A DNA stretch of 64,000 nucleotides from Dehalococcoidia bacterium. Lineage in GTDB: Bacteria > Chloroflexota > Dehalococcoidia > Lucifugimonadales > G963668185. Below the pieces are notes generated by a model. That model ran no database searches. It was not told the DNA's origin and saw nothing but the letters and a program-made list of their open reading frames with translations. The stretch's first letter is position 1. Each line of letters begins with the position of its first letter. The stretch is taken from positions 106,832 to 170,831 of the forward strand of contig OZ253485.1 of the NCBI GenBank assembly GCA_965261935.1, written 5' to 3'. Shown piece by piece: positions 44,217 through 53,179 of the stretch. The position numbers and the translations under genes are program-made.

Positions 44217-47183
44217 ATGCCACGCCAGACCGAGCCTAACGTCAACAACGCCCGGGGCAGCCTCCTCCAAGCGATGCTGCCCCGGAGCCAAGTGCGTTCC
44301 GAGAACACGCAGGCTATCTCCGGTCACCCCGGCCTGCGCCCCGACATCATTGTCGCTGCGCCCGGTCGCTCTCCGGTTGCACTCGAAGCCGAGTACATGC
44401 CTGCTCGCACCGTCGAACCGGAGGCCAGGTCCCGCCTCGGGCTGGAGGTGGCCGCCAACGGGCGCATCATCGAGGCGGCTATTGCCATCCGGTACCCGGA
44501 ATCGATTAGCGATGCCGACGATCTTCACGCCTCCCTTTCAGAAGCAAGACTGTCCTACTGTCTCTTCACGGAAGATTCGGGAGGTGTGAGCCGCTTCCCG
44601 GAGTCCGGCTGGCTGGAGGGCGCTATCGAAGATCTGGCGGACATGGTGCGATTGGTGTCCGTCCCTCAGCGCGCCGTAACCCAAGCCGCCGATGCGCTGG
44701 AAGCCGGCATCGAAAACGCTGCGAAGTTACTGGATGAACTTGAGGACGTACGCCCTGGCATCACGGTGGCGATAGCCCAGCGTCTTGGAATGATCAACGT
44801 GGCCCAGACCCGCCGCATGGCCTGTGCCATCATCGCCAACGCCCTAGTCTTCCACGAGCGCATCGCCGGAATGCACCCCGAGATCAAGCCCCTGGCCAGG
44901 GTGTGCGGCGACGGCGTGGACAACCCCCAGGGAGAAGTACTCGCCGCCTGGGACGAAATCCTCGGCATCAACTACTGGGCCATCTTTGCCATCGCCAAGG
45001 ACATCTTGGAGCAACTGCCTTCGGCCGATGCGGCGAACATACTGAGACGGCTGAGAAACACCGCCCAGTCGGTCCATGCGACTGGCGTGGACAATGCCCA
45101 CGACCTGACCGGCCGCGTCTTCCAGCGCCTCATCGCCGATCGCAAGTACCTGGCTACTTTCTACACGCTGCCCGCATCTGCCGCGCTCCTGGCGAGGCTT
45201 GCTGTCGCCAAGATGGATGGTGTCGACTGGTCCAGCGCCGAGGCCATAGGCAAACTGCGCATCGGGGACTTCGCCTGCGGCACCGGCGCGCTGCTCTCGG
45301 CGGTTTACGAGCAGATTGCCGCCCGCCACGAACGGGCCGGCGGCGACCCTGCCGCTCTCCACAAGTTGATGATGGAGGAAGTTCTCTACGGTTGCGACGT
45401 CATGCCCTCGGCCGTCCACATCACCGGCTCGACCCTCTCCGGAGTGGAGCCGTCCGTTCTCTTCGACAAGTCCCGCCTGTACACAATGCCTTACGGCAGG
45501 ATGAAGGACGGCAGCGTGACGATAGGTTCCCTGGAACTCCTCCGGTCATCAAGCGTTCTCACACTGTTCAACACCAGCGACCCGGCCATGCGCACCGGCA
45601 GCGCGGGCGAGGAGACTGCCGCCCAGGTACGCGCCGAAATTCCGGACGAGGGCTATGACCTGGTAATCATGAACCCACCCTTTACCAGCAACACCGCCAA
45701 AGAAACTATGCATGTTGGAACGTTCGCTCCGGCTTTCGCCGCGTTTGCTAGCGACGATAGAGATCAGCGGGACATGGCAAGACATCTTTCGAGACTCAAG
45801 AAAGGTACTTGCTATCATGGTCATGCCGGTATGGCCTCGGCGTTTGCAGCTTTGGCCCAGCGAAAGCTAAAGCCAGGCGGGACACTTGCCCTCGTTGTAC
45901 CACTTACGGCTTCTGCTGCATCGTCGTGGCGGGCTTTTCGCCAGATGATGGCCCAAGGTTTCACCGATCTGATGGTTCTGAGCATTGCTGCCAACGGCCG
46001 GGACATGTCGTTTTCATCTGATACCGGCATGGCGGAATGTCTGGTTCTCGCCCGCAAGGTGCCAATTGGTGGATCGCATCGGGGAACACTACACTCTGGA
46101 GGGAAACAAGAACAGAAAGATGACCGAGATCGTTCCCCGTCCGTGCGACGGGCGCATTTTGTGTCGCTGCGCCATCGGCCGCAGGGATTTGCTCACGCCG
46201 CTCAGATTGCCAAGGGCATCGTGACAGGTGATTACATTCGGCGAATTGAAGAAGGGCCTTTCGGTGGAACGCCTTTGATGGTGGGGGAAGAGCTCACTGG
46301 CGAAGCGATAACTGCATCGTCCCATTTGAGCGGAGACCCTTGGGGTGCGGTTCGCCTGTCAGATTACTCTCTAGCGCAGGCCGCCTACGCTTTGTCGGAG
46401 TCAAAGCTATGGCTTCCTGGCAATCACTCTCCACTAGAACTGAAAGTTGCCCGGCTAGCCGAGATTGGGTCCCTTGGCCTATATGATCTAGACATCACAG
46501 GACAACCGCCTCAAGGATCGTTCACGAGGATGGCGTACTCTGCAACAGCCACGTACCCCTCCTTGTGGAACCATAATGCGAGAAACGAAACCCGCATCAT
46601 TTGCGCTCCAGATTCTCAATTGCAAGTCCGTCCGGGGATGAAGACTAAGGCTGCTACGGTGTGGGCTACTGCTGGCCGAAGTCATCTAAACCGCGAGTTT
46701 ACTTTCGGTTCACAAGCACTTGCCGTCTCATTCACAGAGCAAGAGAGCATCGGTGGCAGAGTATGGCCCAATGTCAATTTCCCCGATGAGAGATTTGACT
46801 ACGCTTTTGCTGCGTGGGGTAACTGTACTCTGGGCTTACTATTGCATTGGTGGCACTCTAGCCGTCAGCAATCTAGCAAGGCCGGAATGGCCATCCGTTC
46901 CGCTGATTCCCTTCCGGTCTTAGACTTTCGCTCCCTCAGCCAGGAGCAACTGCTCACGGCACAGTCGATCTTCGAGGAATTTAGGGACAGGGCGCTCAAA
47001 CCCGCCTATCTCGCGGACGCAGACCCCAACCGTGCGCTCCTCGACCGGCACGTCGTCTGCGACCTCCTAGGCTTCGATGAGGACACCTACGTCGCAGTCC
47101 GACGCCTAGCCGCCAAGTGGTGCGCAGAACCGTCAGTCCGCGGCGGCAAGGCTCGGCCCAAGGACGCCACTCAAGTCATCTAG
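44217..47183 (+). CDS. Large fused enzyme: N-terminal PD-(D/E)xK-like nuclease region + gamma-class N6-adenine DNA methyltransferase + C-terminal specificity-like region (type IIG/IIL-like restriction-modification candidate)
   Basis: GRVFQRLIADRKYLATFYTLPASAALLA (HsdM/N6_Mtase-like helical region), IGDFACGTGALL (motif I) and DLVIMNPPFTS (motif IV, NPPF). Motif I upstream of motif IV gives the gamma order. N-terminal RPDIIVAAPGRSPVALEAEY fits a D...E-x-E/K nuclease core, but the nuclease assignment is tentative. Confidence 0.7.
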   Translation: MPRQTEPNVNNARGSLLQAMLPRSQVRSENTQAISGHPGLRPDIIVAAPGRSPVALEAEYMPARTVEPEARSRLGLEVAANGRIIEAAIAIRYPESISDADDLHASLSEARLSYCLFTEDSGGVSRFPESGWLEGAIEDLADMVRLVSVPQRAVTQAADALEAGIENAAKLLDELEDVRPGITVAIAQRLGMINVAQTRRMACAIIANALVFHERIAGMHPEIKPLARVCGDGVDNPQGEVLAAWDEILGINYWAIFAIAKDILEQLPSADAANILRRLRNTAQSVHATGVDNAHDLTGRVFQRLIADRKYLATFYTLPASAALLARLAVAKMDGVDWSSAEAIGKLRIGDFACGTGALLSAVYEQIAARHERAGGDPAALHKLMMEEVLYGCDVMPSAVHITGSTLSGVEPSVLFDKSRLYTMPYGRMKDGSVTIGSLELLRSSSVLTLFNTSDPAMRTGSAGEETAAQVRAEIPDEGYDLVIMNPPFTSNTAKETMHVGTFAPAFAAFASDDRDQRDMARHLSRLKKGTCYHGHAGMASAFAALAQRKLKPGGTLALVVPLTASAASSWRAFRQMMAQGFTDLMVLSIAANGRDMSFSSDTGMAECLVLARKVPIGGSHRGTLHSGGKQEQKDDRDRSPSVRRAHFVSLRHRPQGFAHAAQIAKGIVTGDYIRRIEEGPFGGTPLMVGEELTGEAITASSHLSGDPWGAVRLSDYSLAQAAYALSESKLWLPGNHSPLELKVARLAEIGSLGLYDLDITGQPPQGSFTRMAYSATATYPSLWNHNARNETRIICAPDSQLQVRPGMKTKAATVWATAGRSHLNREFTFGSQALAVSFTEQESIGGRVWPNVNFPDERFDYAFAAWGNCTLGLLLHWWHSSRQQSSKAGMAIRSADSLPVLDFRSLSQEQLLTAQSIFEEFRDRALKPAYLADADPNRALLDRHVVCDLLGFDEDTYVAVRRLAAKWCAEPSVRGGKARPKDATQVI

Positions 47184-47279
47184 CCATGGCATGCCAATTA
47201 CAACAGGTGAGCCACTATCTGCTTAACACCTTTTCGGGCGTGACTTCTCCTGGCGTAAAGGCTAAGAGGAGGTAAGGGC

Positions 47280-48077
47280 TTGTTTGATCTTGAGGGCGTT
47301 GGTGCAAAGCTCGATCGAGCTCGATCGAGTCTTCGGAATCTAGAATCCGAAACCTCACACTACTGCAATAGCATAATCGATGAGTTGAGCCGGGAAGCTA
47401 GGCACATTGGTCAAAGTACGGCGTTCCCACTGGGCGCACCCAGTGACCTCCCTAAAGAGTGGGCGGTAAGCATTGGGGAAATATCCTACAATCTTCGATC
47501 ATCGCTAGACCATCTCATTTGGCAGCTTGTCATGCACAATGACAGAACTCCAACAATCAGCAACCAGTTCCCAATTTTCATGGACAAGACCAAATTCGAT
47601 AAGGCGGTCACGAGGCAACTGAAGGGCGTTGATCCATACAGCCGAAGAATGATCGAAGATGTTCAGCCCTATCAGGGTAGTGAAACTGGATTGTTCCTCC
47701 GAATTCTTCACAGCATTTGCAATATAGACAAGCACCGACACTTGAACTTAGTTGATCAATACTCGAGTATTTCGGCGCACTTGAAGGCAGATGTAGATCG
47801 TAAGTTGCTGCCGGATGGATTGTCAGGTGGGCTGAGCTTGTACATGTATCTGCAAGGCTCTGGAGAAGAGCACAAGGTAGAGTTGGACGTCGACATGCGA
47901 ATCTGCTTTATGGACAGGGAATTACGGGAGACGGGCGTAAGATATCGCTCTACTATGGAAGGCTCTCAACTGCCATATCCGCCGGTGATCTTTACATTGT
48001 CGGACTGCGTCACCGCAGTCGAAACTATAGTTAGTGAGCTCAGCCCAGACGCTGCGCGGCCGGTGTGGGCCTGCTAG
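47280..48077 (+). CDS. Hypothetical protein (265 aa), low GC, no family recognised
   Basis: GAGGAGG Shine-Dalgarno sequence 7 nt upstream of the TTG at 47280. Conserved-looking segments are NLRSSLDHLIWQLV and LRILHSICNIDKHRHLNLV. It lies 96 nt downstream of the methyltransferase gene on the same strand. Confidence 0.6.
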   Translation: MFDLEGVGAKLDRARSSLRNLESETSHYCNSIIDELSREARHIGQSTAFPLGAPSDLPKEWAVSIGEISYNLRSSLDHLIWQLVMHNDRTPTISNQFPIFMDKTKFDKAVTRQLKGVDPYSRRMIEDVQPYQGSETGLFLRILHSICNIDKHRHLNLVDQYSSISAHLKADVDRKLLPDGLSGGLSLYMYLQGSGEEHKVELDVDMRICFMDRELRETGVRYRSTMEGSQLPYPPVIFTLSDCVTAVETIVSELSPDAARPVWAC

Positions 48078-48842
48078 ATCGCCTTAGCCTCTGCCAAGCA
48101 TGTAGGCTTGTAGAAGGCGTCGATTTCCGGACCCAGTGTCCACACAACCTGCCTAGCACTCCAACCCCACCCCATCCAAGACGCTCTTGCATTGCTTCTC
48201 CCGACAGCCTCTACGCCCCCAAAACTCTCCCCAACGCCTTCCCCACCCCCTTCCCCTCAGCGAACGCGCGTGCTAAAATAGGCGCATGAACACCGTACAA
48301 CACGTACAACACCTCGACCGCGCCCCGGCGGGCAGCCCCGCACGGCGCGGTTACTCGCCTGAAATAGCCCTCCCAGCTGTAATAAAACTGTCACAGTTTT
48401 TATACTTTTTGGTTCAATCCGAGAACATTCAGGTATCAAAGCTCTCCAAAATGTGTAACACGGTCCTATCCTCCCAGCTACGAAAAGTGACAGAATGTTA
48501 CGAAATGTGACAATTTTAGCGACTCCAACCTTCTCCTGCGTCCTTTGAAGAGAGCCGACACACCCGCGCTCCTCGGCCTCGCCGCACCGGCCACTCCTGG
48601 TGGCCGCATCTTGCCGCATTTGGCCGCCCGCAGAGACTCCACCGACGCAATCAGGTATGAAAAAGCTGAAAGTGGCCGCTTGGGGCGGCCACGTCCGCTC
48701 CCATCGGCTTCGCCGCACCGGTCTCAGCACCGGCCGGCGCCTTGGTGGTCGAGCCTCAAGAAACATTGCCGAGGCTTTAGACCCCGTGCTAGCGTTGATC
48801 GTGCAGGCGCTTCCCGCGCCGCCCCCTCTCTAGAAAACTCAC

Positions 48843-49769
48843 TTGAGGAGCCGCGTCTTGGAAAAAACACCGCTTGGAAACACAGGACTCGAAATCACTC
48901 GGCTCGGCATGGGCCTGTCCGAGATCGGCAGCTACGAACTCACCGATGAAGACGTCGGTACCGTATCCGCCGTCCTGAACGCCGCACTCGACGGCGGCAT
49001 CAACTTCCTCGACACCGCCGCCTGCTACGGTAACAGCGAGGAGTTGGTCGGCAGATCGGTGTCCGGCAGAAGGGACGAGTTCGTGCTCGCCTCCAAGTGC
49101 GGTCACTCCAGGGAAGGCTTCGAGTGGGGCGACTGGGACCGGCGCACCGTCGAGACCAGCATCGACCGCAGCCTCGAACGCCTGCAGACCGACCACATCG
49201 ACGTCATGCAGCTCCACTCGTGTGAGCTCGAAGTGCTGGAGCGCGGTGACGTGATAGAGGCCCTGCTCGAGGCGAAACGCGCGGGCAAGGTCCGCTTCGC
49301 CGGCTACAGCGGCGACAACGAAGAGGCGCTGTGGGCCGTCGAGAGCGGCCACTTCGACACGCTCCAGACCTCCTTCAGCGTCGTCGACCAGCGCGCCCGG
49401 ACGTGGGAGATCCTGCGCAAGGCTGACGAGGGCGGCATGGGTATCATCATCAAGCGGCCGATCGGCAACGCCGTTTGGCGCGCAGCTAAGAGCACATCCG
49501 AGTACGCCGACGAGTACTTCCGAAGGGCCCAGGAGCTCGCCGCCATGGGCGACGTTCCGGACGAACCCGAAAACAGGATCGAGACCTCCCTCGGCTTCGT
49601 GTTCTCACACCCGCAGGTGGACACCGCCATCCTCGGCACCCAGAACCAGGCGCACATGCAGTCGAACATCCGGATGGTCGAGTCCGGCCTGAACGTGCCA
49701 GAGTCGGTGACCGCCGAGTTGCGGGAACGCTTCGACCGCGTCGGCGAAAACTGGGAGCAGCGCGGTTAG
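48843..49769 (+). CDS. Aldo/keto reductase
   Basis: LGNTGLEITRLGMGLSEIG, FLDTAACYGNSEELVG, IDVMQLHS motifs. The start codon is uncertain (TTG at 48843 or 48858). Confidence 0.85.
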   Translation: MRSRVLEKTPLGNTGLEITRLGMGLSEIGSYELTDEDVGTVSAVLNAALDGGINFLDTAACYGNSEELVGRSVSGRRDEFVLASKCGHSREGFEWGDWDRRTVETSIDRSLERLQTDHIDVMQLHSCELEVLERGDVIEALLEAKRAGKVRFAGYSGDNEEALWAVESGHFDTLQTSFSVVDQRARTWEILRKADEGGMGIIIKRPIGNAVWRAAKSTSEYADEYFRRAQELAAMGDVPDEPENRIETSLGFVFSHPQVDTAILGTQNQAHMQSNIRMVESGLNVPESVTAELRERFDRVGENWEQRG

Positions 49770-49778
49770 CAACAACCT

Positions 49779-50035
49779 CTGACCCCTTCCCCAGTCTGCT
49801 GGGGAAGGTTGGGATGGGGTTCCCCTCCACATACAAGTAGTTATGCAAAGGTCCCCTTGATGGGAGAGGGTTGGAGCCTATCTGACCCCTCCCCCAGTCT
49901 GCTGGGGAAGGTTGGGATGGGGTTCCCCTCCGCACACAAGTAGTTATGCAAAGGCCCCCGTTGATGGGAGAGGGTTGGAGCCTATCTGACCCCTTCCCCA
50001 GTCTGCTGGGGAAGGTTGGGATGGGGTTCTCCGAC
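49779..50035. repeat. Tandem composite repeat, 103-104-bp period, about 2.5 units
   Basis: The unit is CTGACCCCTTCCCCAGTCTGCTGGGGAAGGTTGGGATGGGGTTCCCCTCC.CA.ACAAGTAGTTATGCAAAGG.CCCC.TTGATGGGAGAGGGTTGGAGCCTAT. Units start at 49779, 49882 and 49986. Confidence 0.9.
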
Positions 50036-50165
50036 GAGTGTGTCCAGGACATACCCCCTAATTAGACACCCTCTCAGAGCCAGTCCCGTACTCGATACAG
50101 GAACGAACGCCGAAAGCTGGCTTCTTGGAGACAATCCAAAGAACTTTGGGGGCCGGACCGTCTGC

Positions 50166-51515
50166 CTACTGGAGCCTCCGTAGCTGCGTCTGCGTGACCA
50201 GCACGATCACGCCGGTGACGAGCACGGCTACCGCGAACATGCCCACGGCAGCCTGCCCTCCGAGCCAGTCGGCCACTAGCCCGCCCGGCAGCATGCCCAG
50301 CGGCATCAGCGAGAAGTTCAGCATCCAGACGCTCATGACCCGTCCGCGGTAGCTATCCTCCGTGTGCTCCACCAGGATGGCGTTATAAAGCGTGCGCCTC
50401 GTCGAGTCCCCAAGCCCGATGAGCACAGTCAGCCCTACCGCCGCGTAGTACATGGGTATCGCCGCGATGAGCGACAGCCCCACGCCCGTTACCAGCGTCC
50501 CCGATATCAGGACGAGGCCTCTTTTCCACCTGCCCATCGAGGCTATCGAGAGCGCGCCAATAAGCGACCCTAGGCCCATGAAGCTTAACATCAGCCCCAT
50601 GGCCTCCGGCCCGCGATCGTATATCTCCACCATCAGCACCGGCAGCAAATGCTTGAAGGGCATCGCGAACAGGGCGGTCGCGCCTCCCATTATCAGCAGC
50701 ACCATCACCAGCTTCGTCTGGCGGATGTACACTAGGCCGTCCCTGATGTCGGCCATAATCGTCTTCTTCTGGGACGCCCCGGAGGGCGGCACCGGCGGAA
50801 TGAACCTCGTCAGCAACGCGGCAAGCAGGGCCATCACCGCCGTGATGAAGAAGACTCCCTCCGGCCCCAGCCAGGCATAGAGCCATCCGGCGATCGCCGG
50901 CGTTGTGAGTGTCATCATGCTCATCGCGGCCGCGCTCATCGCCAGGGCGCCGGTGACCATCTCCTTGCCCACCATCTGCGGAATGATCGCCTGCCGCGCC
51001 GGACCGAGGAACGAGAACATGATCCCGTCGAACACCATCATCGCCAGCAGGTGGTACCACGTGACGATGTCGATGAGGATAATCACCGCGATGACCAGGT
51101 ACATGGCTGCTTCCCAGACCTGGGCCGCGAGGATTATCCGCCTGCGGTCTATCCGGTCCGCGATCGCGCCTCCGAAAAGCGCGAGAACCAGCATCGCCGG
51201 CGCGAACCCCGATTGGACAACTCCCAGAAGCAGGGCGGACCGCGTGATGTCGTAGGTCAGGTACCCCACAGCCAACATCTGCATCTGCATGGAGCCCATG
51301 AAGAGCACAGTGCCGAAGAACAGAAATCGGAAGTTCCGGTTGGATAGCGATAGGAACGGCCTCTGCCAACCGGGATGACGCCTCTGCGCCCTGGTACGAG
51401 AAGGGCGCCTGCTTGTCGTTTCCGTCGCGCTGCCGTCGGCAGGTTGAGCCACAGGCGCCGCCCCGGGCATGGACCTCAGCGGAGCGCCTTCGTGGGAGAC
51501 GGGATCGGTTGGCAT
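50166..51515 (-). CDS. MFS transporter
   Basis: FLSLSNRNFRFLFFGTVLFMGSMQMQMLAVGYLTYD and 12 predicted hydrophobic spans. Same family type as 14686..15960. The N-terminal extension and start are uncertain. Confidence 0.8.
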   Translation of the reverse strand: MPTDPVSHEGAPLRSMPGAAPVAQPADGSATETTSRRPSRTRAQRRHPGWQRPFLSLSNRNFRFLFFGTVLFMGSMQMQMLAVGYLTYDITRSALLLGVVQSGFAPAMLVLALFGGAIADRIDRRRIILAAQVWEAAMYLVIAVIILIDIVTWYHLLAMMVFDGIMFSFLGPARQAIIPQMVGKEMVTGALAMSAAAMSMMTLTTPAIAGWLYAWLGPEGVFFITAVMALLAALLTRFIPPVPPSGASQKKTIMADIRDGLVYIRQTKLVMVLLIMGGATALFAMPFKHLLPVLMVEIYDRGPEAMGLMLSFMGLGSLIGALSIASMGRWKRGLVLISGTLVTGVGLSLIAAIPMYYAAVGLTVLIGLGDSTRRTLYNAILVEHTEDSYRGRVMSVWMLNFSLMPLGMLPGGLVADWLGGQAAVGMFAVAVLVTGVIVLVTQTQLRRLQ

Positions 51516-51693
51516 CTGCTGCGCTTCCTGCGCGGGCGGCCGGTGCTGGTGGATCGGTCTCCGACAATCTCACACGCAGCGTCTGCCCGTCTAGTGGTAA
51601 CCGGTTCCCCGAACCGGCAAACGCATTATAGCGGGAACAAGGCGCAACCCTGTTGGACCACACTGACGCGCCGGCCGCGTGAGTCCGTGCGGC

Positions 51694-53115
51694 CTACACT
51701 CCTGCCAGGCCTCTGGCCTCCGAAAGCAGGTCCTGCACGTCGTCCGGAGAGGACGCCTCCGCGTAGATGCGCAGCAGCGGTTCCGTCCCTGAGAATCGAA
51801 TGAGCACCCAGTGACCTCGTTCCAGCCCATACCGGAGCCCGTCCCTGGTGTCAATGCTCTCCACCTTGTAGCCGGCCAGGTAGTCCGGACGCGCGTCGCT
51901 CAACCTGCTCTCGATCTCTCGCCTCTCTGAAGGCTCGATCTCCAGGTCCCAACGGTCGTAGTGATAGGGCCCGACCTCGTCATTGAGCATTTCGATCAGC
52001 CCGGACACGCTCTTCCCCGTCTTGACCATCATCTCCAGGATCATCAGGCCGCTCAGGATGCCGTCGCGCTCCGGGATGTGCCCTCGGAACGCGTACCCGC
52101 CGCTCTCTTCCCCGACCAGCAGCGCGTTCTGCTCCATCATCGCTTGGCCCAGATGCTTGAATCCCACCGGGGCGTCGTAGACTGGCACTTCGTACTTTTC
52201 CGCTAGCCGGTCGATCATCCGCGTCATGGTTATCGACCGTACGAGCGGGCCCTCCTTTCCGAGAATCTTGAGTTGGTGGAGGCAGATCAGGGCGAACGCC
52301 TGAAGCGTGGTGATATACCTCCCGTTCTCGTCCACTACCCCGAGCCGGTCAGCGTCAGCGTCGTTGGCAAGGCCAATGTCGGCCGAGCCGCTCGGCACCG
52401 CCGTCATGAGCTGGCTGAGGTTGCCTGCGATTGGCTCTGGTTGGACCATGCCCGGGAAGCTGGGATCCGGGTCCGCCCGCAGATCGGTGACCTGGGTCGT
52501 TCCGCCGTTCAGCAGCCTGCTGAACAGGCCGCCGCCTGTCCCGTGCATGCCGTCCGCGACGACCTTGAGTCCCGCGTCCCTGATGGCCCGCAGGTCCACA
52601 AGAGATGCCAGCTGTCCGAGGTACGAGGGTAGGGGGTCCATGTACGTAAACAGCCCGATGCGCTCCGCTTCTTCCAGGGACGTGGACTGCACAATGCCTG
52701 AGTCGTGCGCGTCTGCGATGCGAAGCTCCAGGTCGTCGACCACGTCCTGGCCGGCGCTACCCCCGAAACCGGGCTTGTACTTGAAGCCGTTCCATTCCGG
52801 CGGGTTATGGCTGGCGGTGATTACAACGCCCCCCGCCGCGGCTTGGCCTACAACGGCATAGCTAACAGTGGGAGTCGGAGCGGGCCGGTCGCACAGTGTG
52901 GTTGGTATCCCGTTGCCGGCGGTGACCTCCGCCACGGCCTTGGCGAACTCATCGGAGCGGCGGCGCGTGTCGTAGCCTACTATCACGCCGTCTGCAGTCA
53001 GCCCCTGGCTTTTGATGTAGCTCGAGGCGCCTTGGGCGCAGAACCGCACGTTCCGGGTGTTGAACTCCCGGTCGATGATGCCCCGCCAGCCATCTGTGCC
53101 GAACTTTATTTGCAA
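51694..53115 (-). CDS. Phosphoglucomutase/phosphomannomutase (alpha-D-phosphohexomutase)
   Basis: KFGTDGWRG N-terminus and TASHNPPEWNGFK active-site serine loop. The TTG at 53115 is preferred because the listed start (53241) would overlap metK by 62 nt. Confidence 0.85.
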   Translation of the reverse strand: MQIKFGTDGWRGIIDREFNTRNVRFCAQGASSYIKSQGLTADGVIVGYDTRRRSDEFAKAVAEVTAGNGIPTTLCDRPAPTPTVSYAVVGQAAAGGVVITASHNPPEWNGFKYKPGFGGSAGQDVVDDLELRIADAHDSGIVQSTSLEEAERIGLFTYMDPLPSYLGQLASLVDLRAIRDAGLKVVADGMHGTGGGLFSRLLNGGTTQVTDLRADPDPSFPGMVQPEPIAGNLSQLMTAVPSGSADIGLANDADADRLGVVDENGRYITTLQAFALICLHQLKILGKEGPLVRSITMTRMIDRLAEKYEVPVYDAPVGFKHLGQAMMEQNALLVGEESGGYAFRGHIPERDGILSGLMILEMMVKTGKSVSGLIEMLNDEVGPYHYDRWDLEIEPSERREIESRLSDARPDYLAGYKVESIDTRDGLRYGLERGHWVLIRFSGTEPLLRIYAEASSPDDVQDLLSEARGLAGV

Positions 53116-53179
53116 CTGGACGTCCCGGCGCCGGAGTAGGCTGACTGCTGTAGACGAGCGGTGAACGGGCCCGAAGGGC

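Noticed and set aside
48400-48425. tRNA-like T-loop sequence GGTTCAATCC
   Set aside because: The flanking bases cannot form a T-stem (TTTGG vs CGAGA). No acceptor or anticodon arms can be drawn. It lies in the AT-rich island only by chance.
50383-51663. 426-aa minus-strand ORF overlapping the MFS transporter gene in another frame, and similar alternative-frame ORFs (19763..20596, 22527..22994, 24007..24471, 39545..40348, 31486..32202, 33912..34631)
   Set aside because: They overlap better-supported genes in a different frame or on the other strand. They have Arg/Gly/Pro-rich composition and no recognisable motifs.
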